A program made the position numbers and the translations under genes. The notes beneath the pieces are model-generated. The model did not search any database, was not told the DNA's origin, and saw only the letters and a program-made list of their open reading frames with translations. This document shows positions 16,097 through 24,488 of a stretch of 37,288 nucleotides of DNA, in pieces. This DNA is from Kiritimatiellia bacterium (GTDB lineage Bacteria > Verrucomicrobiota > Kiritimatiellia > RFP12 > JAZUKQ01), in the NCBI GenBank assembly GCA_045643325.1, contig JAZUKQ010000086.1, positions 1 to 37,288 of the forward strand. The letters are read 5' to 3'. Position 1 is the first letter of the stretch. Every line of letters begins with the position of its first letter.

Positions 16097-19000
16097 ATGT
16101 TTCTAGCCACAGCATCCACCAAGCGTCCTGTCGCGATGGGGTGCCTTCTCATCGCGCTGGTTGTCCTCGGCGTCAACGCGTTCCGGAAATTCTCGCTTGA
16201 GAATCTTCCCAACATGGACGTTCCGTACGTCACGGTCACGACCGTCTGGCCCGGCGCCTCGCCGGAAGACTGCGAAAAGGACATCGCGAAACCCATCGAG
16301 GACGCCGTCTCGGGCGTCGAGGGGGTGAAGCACGTCAACTCGATGTGTCTGGAGAACGCGGCGAGCGTCATTCTGGAGTTCGACCTCTCGGTGAACGTCG
16401 ATGTCGCCTCGCAGGATGTCCGTGAGAAGGTCGACGGCATTCTCTCGCAGCTTCCGGCGGACGCCGAGCGTCCCGTCATTGAAAAGCTCGACATCAACGC
16501 GACGGCCGTCGCGACGCTCTTCCTTGAGGGAGAGCAGTCGGTCGACGAACTCTACAACTATGCCGACAACAACCTGGCGGACCGGTTCTCCAACGTCAAG
16601 GGCGTCGCGTCGGTCGACCTTGTCGGAGGCAACGAGCGCGAGGTCTGGGTCGAACTCGACCGCGGGAAGCTCGCCGCGGCGGGACTCACGGCGGCGGACG
16701 CCGTCCGGGCGATCCAGGGCGGCATCCTCAGCCTTCCCGGAGGCCGCGTCCGCGAAAGCGGAAGCGAGTACGCGGTGAAGTTCGACGCCGATTTCGCCGA
16801 CCTTGACGCCGTCGCGGGACTCGAGGTCGCTGCCTCGGACGGCGCACGGCGGACGCTTGCCGACCTCGGCACGGTCCGGAACGCTACGAAGGAGGTCCGC
16901 CAGCGCGCGTTCCTCAACGGGACGCCCGGCGTCGTCGTGAAAATCGTGAAGAAGTCCGACGGCAACACGGTCGAGGTCGTCGAGAAACTTCGCGAGCGCT
17001 ACGACGAGCTCTCCGCCACGCTGCCCGCCGGCATGCGGCTTCGTTGGGTGTACGACGACGGAGCGATCGTCTCGAAGACGGTCTCCTCGACGCTCTCCGA
17101 CCTCGTCTCCGCGGTGCTCCTCTGCGCGGGTATCCTTTTCGCCTTCCTTGTCAACGTGCGCACGACGCTCATCGTCTCCGTCACGATGCCGGTGACGGTG
17201 CTTGTCGCGTTTTTCTTCATGCGGCTTTTCGGGCTTACGCTCAATATCATCACGCTTCTTGCGCTCGGGCTTTCGGCTGGCATCCTCGTCTCGAACTCCA
17301 TCGTGGTGCTGGAGAACGTCGTGCGGCGCTTCGAGGACACGGAGGACCCGTGGGAGGCCGCGCGCGTCGGAACGAGCCAGGTGGCCGTCGCGGTGCTTGC
17401 CTCGGCGGGCACGAACGTGGTCGTGATGCTGCCCCTCACGATGATGAGCTCCATCGTGGGCAAGGTGTTCACGCCGTTCGCGACGACGACGCTCATCGTC
17501 AACCTCGCCTCCATCTTCGTCTCCTTCACGCTCGTCCCGATTCTCTGCGCGCTCTTCATGAGGCGCGGGGCAAGGTTCGCGGGCTCTTGGACCGCCCGGT
17601 TCGAGCGTCGTTGGGACGAGGGGTTCGGACGTCTTGCCGCGCGCTACGGGAGTTGGATCCGCGCGGTCGCGGACCGGCGGGTCGTCTCGGGGCTCGCGGT
17701 TGTCGCGACTGTGGCGGTTTTCCTGCTCACAATGGTCTTCGGGACGCGCGGCATCGGTTTCAACTTCATCGATACGGACGACTGGGGCCGGGTTTTCGTC
17801 CGGTGCGAGTTCCCGACCTACTATGACCTCCAGCGCACGACGGATCGGGCGCAGGAGATCGCCGCGATGTTCAAGGAATACCCCGACCTGGAAGAGACGC
17901 TGATCTCGGCCGGCCGTGCCGACGCGCTGGGCGGTCAGGCGAACGAGGGCGTGTACCTCGCGCAGATCGAGCTTGTCTTCAAGCCGGTGTACGAACGGAA
18001 ATGGAAGATATCCGACATGGTGCAGCGCGTCCGGGCGGACCTCGCCGTCGTGCCGGACCTCATCGCGTCGGCCTCGCCGCCGAGTCCGATGGGCGGCAGC
18101 GTCAACAACATCAACCTCCGCCTGTGCGGGCCCGATCTGGATACGCTCGGAGACAAGGCGGTCGCGCTGCAGCAGGAGATCATGAAGGATCCCGACGTTG
18201 CGGCGATCGACACGACGGCCCGCGACGACAAGCCGGAACTCCGGGTGCGTCCGCGCCGGACGGTTCTCGCGGACGCCGGCGTCACGCCCGCGGCGGTCGG
18301 GACGGTTGTCCGCGCGAATCTCGACGGTATCGAGGCGGCCTCCTACAAGACGGGCGACCGGACGGTGGACATCCGCGTGAAGACCGCGGAGCGCGCGGGG
18401 ACGGGCCAGGTCGCGGAGTTCGCGATTCCGTCGATGCCGGGCTACACCGTGCCGCTTTCGGCGGTGGCCGACGTGGTGCGAGGGCGGACGAAGAGCATGA
18501 TCTACCGGGTGGACAAGGAGCGCTCCGTCTGCATCCTCGGGAACGAGGCGCCGGGGGCGCCGGCGAAGACGGTCACCGACCGGATTGTCGCGAGGGCGGA
18601 GGAGATGGGCGTCGTGGACGCCGCGTCCGGCTACACGCTGCGGCCCGGCGGGTCGACGGAGACCATGGACGACTCGCTCGCGGACTTCGGGGAGGCGATC
18701 GTTCTCGCGGTGCTGCTGACCTATCTCACGCTCGCGGCGATTCTGGAGAGTTTCACGCGGCCGTTTCTCGTGCTGCTCACGGTGCCGATGGCGCTCATCG
18801 GCGTGGTGCTCGCGCTCCGGTGGACGGGGCTCAACATCTCGATCTTCGTGTTGTTGGGCGTCATCCTGCTCATCGGCGTCGTGGTGAACGCGGCGGTGCT
18901 CGTCGTGGACCGGATGGACCAGCTTGTCCGCGAGGGGGCGGAGCGCCGCGAGGCGATGCTTCTGGCGGTCGAGCAGACCTTCCGGTCGGTGCTGATGGTT

Positions 19001-19168
19001 GTCGCGGCCTCGGGTCTCGGAATGATTCCGATCGCGATGGCGAGCGGAATCGGCGCGGTCTATCGCGTCGGAATCGGCGCGGCGAGCGTGGGCGGCATTC
19101 TGGTCGCGGGCGTCCTCACGGTCACGGTGCTCCCGCTTTTCTATCTGGTGTTCGTCCGGAAGAGGTAG
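16097..19168 (+). CDS. RND-superfamily efflux permease (AcrB/ACR_tran-like), non-canonical proton-relay residues
   Basis: ORF 16010..19168 trimmed to the ATG at 16097 (MFLATASTKRPVAMGCLLIALVV...), which is preceded by AGGAAAGGAG. It is ~1023 aa with duplicated 6-TM plus large-loop architecture and the motifs SIVVLENV and NAAVLVVD. Confidence 0.9.
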   Translation: MFLATASTKRPVAMGCLLIALVVLGVNAFRKFSLENLPNMDVPYVTVTTVWPGASPEDCEKDIAKPIEDAVSGVEGVKHVNSMCLENAASVILEFDLSVNVDVASQDVREKVDGILSQLPADAERPVIEKLDINATAVATLFLEGEQSVDELYNYADNNLADRFSNVKGVASVDLVGGNEREVWVELDRGKLAAAGLTAADAVRAIQGGILSLPGGRVRESGSEYAVKFDADFADLDAVAGLEVAASDGARRTLADLGTVRNATKEVRQRAFLNGTPGVVVKIVKKSDGNTVEVVEKLRERYDELSATLPAGMRLRWVYDDGAIVSKTVSSTLSDLVSAVLLCAGILFAFLVNVRTTLIVSVTMPVTVLVAFFFMRLFGLTLNIITLLALGLSAGILVSNSIVVLENVVRRFEDTEDPWEAARVGTSQVAVAVLASAGTNVVVMLPLTMMSSIVGKVFTPFATTTLIVNLASIFVSFTLVPILCALFMRRGARFAGSWTARFERRWDEGFGRLAARYGSWIRAVADRRVVSGLAVVATVAVFLLTMVFGTRGIGFNFIDTDDWGRVFVRCEFPTYYDLQRTTDRAQEIAAMFKEYPDLEETLISAGRADALGGQANEGVYLAQIELVFKPVYERKWKISDMVQRVRADLAVVPDLIASASPPSPMGGSVNNINLRLCGPDLDTLGDKAVALQQEIMKDPDVAAIDTTARDDKPELRVRPRRTVLADAGVTPAAVGTVVRANLDGIEAASYKTGDRTVDIRVKTAERAGTGQVAEFAIPSMPGYTVPLSAVADVVRGRTKSMIYRVDKERSVCILGNEAPGAPAKTVTDRIVARAEEMGVVDAASGYTLRPGGSTETMDDSLADFGEAIVLAVLLTYLTLAAILESFTRPFLVLLTVPMALIGVVLALRWTGLNISIFVLLGVILLIGVVVNAAVLVVDRMDQLVREGAERREAMLLAVEQTFRSVLMVVAASGLGMIPIAMASGIGAVYRVGIGAASVGGILVAGVLTVTVLPLFYLVFVRKR

Positions 19169-19194
19169 ACTGTCCCTCCGGGGAGAGTTTTGGT

Positions 19195-20511
19195 ATGCTT
19201 TCGCGTATGAAAGCGAAGAGCGCCTCGTCCCTTAAATGTAATTTCTTCTGTATCGCGCTGGCCTTGGTTTTTTTCGCGTTTTCCACCGGGACCACGTGGA
19301 CGCCGGGGTGTGATTTCGTATGGCGGCTGAACGAGAGCCGTTGCGTGCTGGCCGGCTACGACCCGTATGCGGTCGCGTTCAATGGTGTCGAGACACCGGA
19401 TTACTGCTCGCTGTTCAATCCGGAGGACGGAAAGCGGCTGGTCAACGGGTACACGCCGTGGACGTACCTGTGGACGATGCCCCTGTCGTTCCTTTCCGAC
19501 GAGTTGGCGAATACGCTGTTTATTTTGATGAATCTGGTGGCGTACGTCGTGCTGATTGTGTTTGCGGCGAAGTATGCGAAAGAGAAAAGTCTCTCCCGGT
19601 TCGACACAATGGGGGTGATGGGGTTCTCGGTGTTTCTTGGGGCCTCGCTTCCAAGGGTGCTGCAGGTCTCGAATTTCGGGTTGCTGATGGCGGCCGCGCT
19701 GACGGGGATGGCATACTGCCTAAACCGGCGGCGGGACGTTCTGGCGGGCGTGCTGTACGCGGTCTTGTGCATTAAGCCGCAAATCGCGCTGCCCTTCCTG
19801 ATACCGTTGCTCTGGCGGCGGCGGTTCCGGACTGTCGCGACGGCGGGGGCGCTGTGTTTCCTCTCGTCGTTGCCTCCGGCCGTCTGGTGCCGCAGGAATC
19901 CGCTTGCGATGATTCTCCATGTCGCGGACTCCGGATCCCGGTCAATCCGGACGTGGAGCCGGAGCACGGCGCTTGTCCCGGCGCCGGTTTTCAAACTATT
20001 GTCAGAATGGATTCCGGAGAACGCGGTGTTGTTGCTTTCGACTCTGACCGCGCTTACGGTCTGCGTTCTGCTGACCCGGCGTCTCCGGAAGGCAGAGGAG
20101 GATGCGTGCGTGTGGCTTGTTCCGGCGGTTTTCGCCGCGCTGAACGGCCCGTACGGGCATCTTCACGACCGAGTGATGCTCTCGCTCCCGTTGGTGGTTC
20201 TTTCGGCGCAGCGGTTCGCCGTCTCCGTTGAAAGGTCCGGCGCGGCGGACTGTTCCTCCTTGGTTTCTCCGTCGCGCCGTTCTCGTCTCCTGACGTGGGG
20301 ACTTGTCCTTTTCGCGGCGGAATTCGTGCTGATGCCGTTTCTTGGAACCGTGTACGTCGACACATCGGAGGCCGCGTTCACCGCGGTGTCCGCCTACGAT
20401 TGGTTTCTTTGTGTCGTGAGCTATCTGCAGATTGTGTTTTTATTCGTGTGGACGCGGATTTGCGGAAGCCAAGCCATTTCAGTGGAAACGGGTCGCGTAG
20501 CGAATGCGTGA
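19195..20511 (+). CDS. Polytopic membrane protein, GT-C fold glycosyltransferase-like (DUF2029/GT87-like), paralog 1
   Basis: This is the portion of ORF 18001..20511 downstream of the RND stop, with the ATG at 19195. It has many TM segments, an N-terminal D-x-x-x-R...GYDPY loop, and a CIKPQIALPFLIPLL motif shared with the 21369..22673 protein. The family assignment is from memory of DUF2029 features. Confidence 0.6.
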   Translation: MLSRMKAKSASSLKCNFFCIALALVFFAFSTGTTWTPGCDFVWRLNESRCVLAGYDPYAVAFNGVETPDYCSLFNPEDGKRLVNGYTPWTYLWTMPLSFLSDELANTLFILMNLVAYVVLIVFAAKYAKEKSLSRFDTMGVMGFSVFLGASLPRVLQVSNFGLLMAAALTGMAYCLNRRRDVLAGVLYAVLCIKPQIALPFLIPLLWRRRFRTVATAGALCFLSSLPPAVWCRRNPLAMILHVADSGSRSIRTWSRSTALVPAPVFKLLSEWIPENAVLLLSTLTALTVCVLLTRRLRKAEEDACVWLVPAVFAALNGPYGHLHDRVMLSLPLVVLSAQRFAVSVERSGAADCSSLVSPSRRSRLLTWGLVLFAAEFVLMPFLGTVYVDTSEAAFTAVSAYDWFLCVVSYLQIVFLFVWTRICGSQAISVETGRVANA

Positions 20512-21383
20512 TGATTCAGGTTAAACTTTCCGGCGGTCTGGGGAACCAGATGTTTCAGTATGCCTTCGCGGCGTATCTCGCGGAGGCGAATGGAGCGGTC
20601 GTCCTGAATGACGCGCGGTATAAGACGCTTCCGAGTCATCATGGGATGGAGCTCAGAAAAGTATTCGACTTGCCGGAGACTTTGCCGATTGTCCACGAGC
20701 GCTGTCGATACGGATATAACGAGGACAGCGTGTTGTTTCGGACGGTCAGGCGTTTGACCGGCGTGGAACTCAGGACGAGGCATGTGTTTTTCGAGCATCC
20801 TGGGAAGTCCGGTCTGGTGTCTCAGAAGCGGATGGATCGTGATATGTATTTTGTGGGATGGTGGCAGGATCTTCGGTACATTTTCCCTGTGGAGGAGAGA
20901 CTGAAACGGGATTTCGTTTTTCGGCCGTTTCCGGACGGGAGGAACCGCGCGTTCGCGGAGGGGGTTTTGGCGAACCGCGAGACGGTCTCGGTGCATGTTC
21001 GCCGGGGCGACTATCTGACTGTCGGCGCGCTGAATCTCGGGGAGAGCGGATATTACCGCAATGCGATGGACGCGGCGAGAATACGCCTTCAGAATCCGCT
21101 TTTCGTGGTGTTTTCGGATGATATCGGCTGGTGCCGTCGCGAGTTCGGAGCGAAATCAGATGTCGTTTTCGCCGACTGGAACCAAGACGGGGACAGTTAT
21201 CTGGACCTGCGGTTAATGAGCCTGTGCCGGCATGCGGTCGTCGCGAACTCGACATTCAGTTGGTGGGCGGCGTTCCTCAATCGGAATCCGAAGAAACTTG
21301 TTTTTTGTCCGGAGCGGTGGAATCGGTCGGGAAGTCTGCGGCTAGCGATGCCGGGATGGTTGGAGACCTCATTGGCGAGATAG
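20511..21383 (+). CDS. Alpha-1,2-fucosyltransferase (CAZy GT11, FutC/WbsJ-like)
   Basis: Internal ATG at 20511 of ORF 20295..21383 (TGATG overlap with the upstream gene). It has the GT11 motifs GGLGNQMFQYAFA, VHVRRGDY and VANSTFSWWAAFL. Confidence 0.88.
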   Translation: MIQVKLSGGLGNQMFQYAFAAYLAEANGAVVLNDARYKTLPSHHGMELRKVFDLPETLPIVHERCRYGYNEDSVLFRTVRRLTGVELRTRHVFFEHPGKSGLVSQKRMDRDMYFVGWWQDLRYIFPVEERLKRDFVFRPFPDGRNRAFAEGVLANRETVSVHVRRGDYLTVGALNLGESGYYRNAMDAARIRLQNPLFVVFSDDIGWCRREFGAKSDVVFADWNQDGDSYLDLRLMSLCRHAVVANSTFSWWAAFLNRNPKKLVFCPERWNRSGSLRLAMPGWLETSLAR

Positions 21384-22673
21384 CTCTTTTTGGGGGAGCG
21401 CTTCCCGACGGATCCAGCACCCGTAGAGCATGCATGGGACAGAAAGAAGGATGATGGTCCGGGGGAGCGTGTCGAGAAACGGCATGAGGCCGGAAAGGTC
21501 GATCGAGACGAAGCGTTTCAGCGGAACAAGCCAACGCGGTTCGCACCGGAGATTGATTGTGGTGAAATAGAAAAGATTGGTCGCGAGCAGACAGGCGGAA
21601 GTGCCGACGGCCGCGATTTTCCCCCGAAACGGAATCGGGCGCAGGGACTCCAGCGCGAGCACAAGCAGAGGAAGCATGAAGACGCACATGTCGTAGGGTC
21701 GTGAGTAGGCCCATGCGGTGCAGAGAATCGCGGGCGGAATCAGCCGGAGGTCCCACCGGGGCTCGGACTTCAGAAATACCGACGCGAGGACGCAGAGCGC
21801 GGTTCCAAGCGCCATTCCCGCGGCGTTGATGGCAGGGAGATCCAGATCTGAGTTCGGATAGAAGAACGAGATGGGATGGAGCAGAAGCGGGGGCTGGAAG
21901 AGCATGGGCGTTCCGGCTTCTTTGATGCAGAGGATGAGGTCTACGGGGGATGTATGGCAAAGGATTGCGGGAGGAATCGTCAGAAGAATGCAGAGCGCCG
22001 CGCCGTATGCGACCGCCCGGAATTCACGGTGCAGAAGGAGCGTGACGGCGAAGAGAAGGCCGATTTGCGGTTTCTGCATCAGGAAAAGCAGGGCGATCCC
22101 GGACAGAAGAGGACGTCTCCGTTCCAATGATTCCAGCAGGGCGATTGCGTAGACGGGAAGGAATGCTCCGAAATTGAGCGACATGATGCTCGCCTTGAAA
22201 GGATAGGTGAAAAAAATGGAGAGAGTCGCGACGGAAAGCGATGTCCAACGGTCTTGGGTTTGGCGGAGGGCGCGACGCCATCCGAACGCGAAGAGAAATA
22301 CGATGGAAAGGACTTGGAGACCGAGGTTGATGTCCCGGGCTGTGGGATAGTCGAGAAGTGTGAATGGAAGGACAAGCGTGTATTCCCAAGGGGTATAGGC
22401 GTGGACGGCGTGGACTTCGTCCCATGGATATTTTTCGCGGTCGATTTCTTTATCCAGCGGCACATAGTCCGGGAGGACGATTTTTTCCGAATAGACATCG
22501 AAGGGATTGATGCCGCGAGAGACGAGGAGCGCCTCATGGTATCGCATAGAGAAGTCCATGGTGGTCCACGACCGGCATCGTTTGATGTCCTTCGCGAACG
22601 AGAAGCACAGTATCGGCAGCGCGACAATCGGGAAGACTCGTACGAGAAACCGACGGATGGTCATGGAGTGCAT
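21369..22673 (-). CDS. Polytopic membrane protein, GT-C fold glycosyltransferase-like (DUF2029/GT87-like), paralog 2
   Basis: 434 aa and TM-rich. It aligns by eye with the 19195..20511 product (DFSMRYHEALLVSRGINPFDV / DFVWRLNESRCVLAGYDPYAV; YTPWEY / YTPWTY; MQKPQIGLLF / IKPQIALPF). Confidence 0.6.
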   Translation of the reverse strand: MHSMTIRRFLVRVFPIVALPILCFSFAKDIKRCRSWTTMDFSMRYHEALLVSRGINPFDVYSEKIVLPDYVPLDKEIDREKYPWDEVHAVHAYTPWEYTLVLPFTLLDYPTARDINLGLQVLSIVFLFAFGWRRALRQTQDRWTSLSVATLSIFFTYPFKASIMSLNFGAFLPVYAIALLESLERRRPLLSGIALLFLMQKPQIGLLFAVTLLLHREFRAVAYGAALCILLTIPPAILCHTSPVDLILCIKEAGTPMLFQPPLLLHPISFFYPNSDLDLPAINAAGMALGTALCVLASVFLKSEPRWDLRLIPPAILCTAWAYSRPYDMCVFMLPLLVLALESLRPIPFRGKIAAVGTSACLLATNLFYFTTINLRCEPRWLVPLKRFVSIDLSGLMPFLDTLPRTIILLSVPCMLYGCWIRREALPQKELSRQ

Positions 22674-22706
22674 AGGAAAAGCGGCTTGGAGAAAAGATCA
22701 AGAGAC

Positions 22707-23798
22707 CTATATCGCGTATTCGAGGAGAAACTGGACTCTTCTGTTCAGTCTTGCCGGAGTGTCGCCGTAATCGGCCAAAAGCGTTTCGACGAGTTGTCGG
22801 GACTTCATAAAATCGGTCGGTACGTGGTCGCAGACGAGTCCCGGACGGTATTCCGCCGAGAGACGCTTCGCGAGAGAGGTCCCGGGGGGGGCGTATCGGG
22901 CTCGGAAGAAGTGGGGAACGTGGGATTGAAGCATCCTGGAAGCCTCATGAAGCGGGACTGTGGAGTGTGGAAGAAGCCATTCGGGCGGACAGGGTTGCGC
23001 CATTTCCGACGCGTCGCGGAGGCGTTGGGCGAGGCGTTTCAATTGAAGCGCCGTCTGGTAGTGACAATGGATCTCTGGACAGTTATCTTTGAGCCAGCCT
23101 TTGATGCCGGGATTTCGTCCGCGGAAGTGGCCGTCCGGGGTGGGAATGGAGCGGTTGTTGACATAGGCTTCAAGGTCGTTGAGGGCCGATCCGAACGCGA
23201 TGGCGTCCTCGGTGGATCCTTTCCTCCGATTCCACAGGGAGAGGAGAGTCTCGGGGGATGGCGGGGGATTGAGGGAGGTCCGGATGACGTGTCTCCAGGG
23301 ATTTGGCTGGACGAGAGCGCGTTTTTGGGAGAGTTCGTACGTTTGGAGGCTTCGGGAGAAGAACGCGTAGGTTTTTACAAGGACGCTGAGCAGAAAAAAG
23401 GAGCCGTTGACGACGAGAAAAAGGGGGAGGAAAAAAAGAATCAAGGCGTAGAACGACTCGGCCCGGTTGTAGCGGTTCACGGAGAGAAGGTCTGCGGAGA
23501 GATCCTGGATGGTTTCCCAGACGATACCGTCGAATAGAAAGAGCGGGGCGTTTTTCCGGATCGGCGAGCTTTCCCGGGTGTTGCGGCGTTTCCGGAGCGT
23601 TGAGCGTTTCCGGCGCGGTGAGCTTTCTCGGGTGTTGCGGCGTTTAGGCGCGTGTTTCGACTTTCGGTCAGAAACATCAGAAACGAAATCTTTCCCGTCA
23701 GCGCGTCTGCCCGTATTCGCATTCCCTGTTGCGCGGGGCCGTCCATTTGTTCGTATGCGATCGTCCGCGCGTCCCATCTGACAAAGTTTCCGTTTCAT
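22707..23798 (-). CDS. Hypothetical membrane-anchored protein (basic repeat N-terminus, one TM region, ~220-aa C-terminal domain of unknown family)
   Basis: The ORF is 22707..23837 (TTG). I prefer the ATG at 23798 because the TTG lies between the predicted -10 and the TSS. The product has the RRNTRESSP duplication and the hydrophobic stretch FYALILFFLPLFLVVNGSFFLLSVLV. I recognise no family motif. It is probably co-transcribed with the GT-C gene 33 nt downstream. Confidence 0.5.
   Translation of the reverse strand: MKRKLCQMGRADDRIRTNGRPRATGNANTGRRADGKDFVSDVSDRKSKHAPKRRNTRESSPRRKRSTLRKRRNTRESSPIRKNAPLFLFDGIVWETIQDLSADLLSVNRYNRAESFYALILFFLPLFLVVNGSFFLLSVLVKTYAFFSRSLQTYELSQKRALVQPNPWRHVIRTSLNPPPSPETLLSLWNRRKGSTEDAIAFGSALNDLEAYVNNRSIPTPDGHFRGRNPGIKGWLKDNCPEIHCHYQTALQLKRLAQRLRDASEMAQPCPPEWLLPHSTVPLHEASRMLQSHVPHFFRARYAPPGTSLAKRLSAEYRPGLVCDHVPTDFMKSRQLVETLLADYGDTPARLNRRVQFLLEYAI
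23563..23650. repeat. In-frame 54-nt-period tandem duplication inside the hypothetical gene
   Basis: The 29-nt cores 23563-23591 and 23617-23645 differ at 2 positions. They encode KRRNTRESSP twice, 18 codons apart. Confidence 0.85.
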
Positions 23799-23825
23799 TT
23801 CGCTTTTTCTCCAAATGTCGGCATC

Positions 23826-23854
23826 ATCATATTTCAAATCAGAAAAATTGTCAA
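23826..23854 (-). promoter_or_regulatory. Sigma70-like promoter (minus strand) for the hypothetical gene and GT-C paralog 2
   Basis: On the minus strand: TTGACA (23854-23849), a 17-nt spacer, then TATGAT (23831-23826). It sits in an AT-rich island and abuts the left arm of the 15-bp inverted repeat. Confidence 0.5.
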
Positions 23855-23965
23855 TAACCGAAATTTATGCATTTTTAAATTAGAGATTATCAAATTCAAA
23901 ATTTATATTCGAGATATAAAACAAAAAAATAATATAATGAAAGAAAATTACATAAATTTCGGTTA
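23855..23965. repeat. Perfect 15-bp inverted repeat TAACCGAAATTTATG ... CATAAATTTCGGTTA separated by 81 nt of very AT-rich DNA
   Basis: The arms are 23855-23869 and 23951-23965, exact reverse complements read directly. Confidence 0.9.
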
Positions 23966-24458
23966 GAAATAGCGGTTTCAGTGAATTGTGGATAGCTCAT
24001 GCGTTCAATCTCGGCCGTTCAGGTTGTCCATGACCAGTGTCGCCGGGCCAGCCACTTCCGCGCCCACCTCCCTGCGAACGACTTGAAGAGGTTCATAGGT
24101 CCTCGCGCCGTGGTATGTCATGAGCATGAGATCGCTCTGTTTTCCGATGGCGGAGACCATGCAGCGGCGGACGGATCGGTTCCCTGTGGTCCGACATACC
24201 GACGGATGCCCGTGCAGGAGGATGCCTTGTCGCGCCGCAGGAGTTGATACCGACAACACCTGACGGGTGCCCGCGCAGGAGGACGCCCCTCGTCCGCATG
24301 GCACCAACCAGTACGGTGTCCACGTTCTCCAACGTTTCTTCCTCCTCCACACATCGCAAGCAGGGCGGTCGAGTCGGCACGTATCAAGCGCGAGAACGCA
24401 GGTCTCCCCCCGCGCAAGCAGGGCGGCGTATGTGATTCGTGTTTTCGCAGAGAGGGAA

Positions 24459-24488
24459 TTGCCTGTAGATAGGATGAAATGCTACAAT
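24459..24488 (+). promoter_or_regulatory. Candidate sigma70-like promoter for the plus-strand glycosyltransferase block
   Basis: TTGCCT (24459-24464), an 18-nt spacer, then TACAAT (24483-24488). This would give a ~250-nt leader before the ATG at 24744. Confidence 0.3.

Noticed and set aside
18001-19194. A 5' extension of the GT-C ORF (18001..20511) overlapping the last 1.2 kb of the RND gene.
   Set aside because: The extension is Arg/Gly-rich nonsense in an alternative frame of the RND permease. A plausible ATG at 19195 follows the RND stop, and the hydrophobic protein begins there.
24201-24426. The direct repeats in the gene-free region considered as a possible CRISPR array.
   Set aside because: There are only two copies of each repeat. 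They are imperfect (23 of 26) or only 14 nt long, the spacing is irregular, and there are no cas genes.
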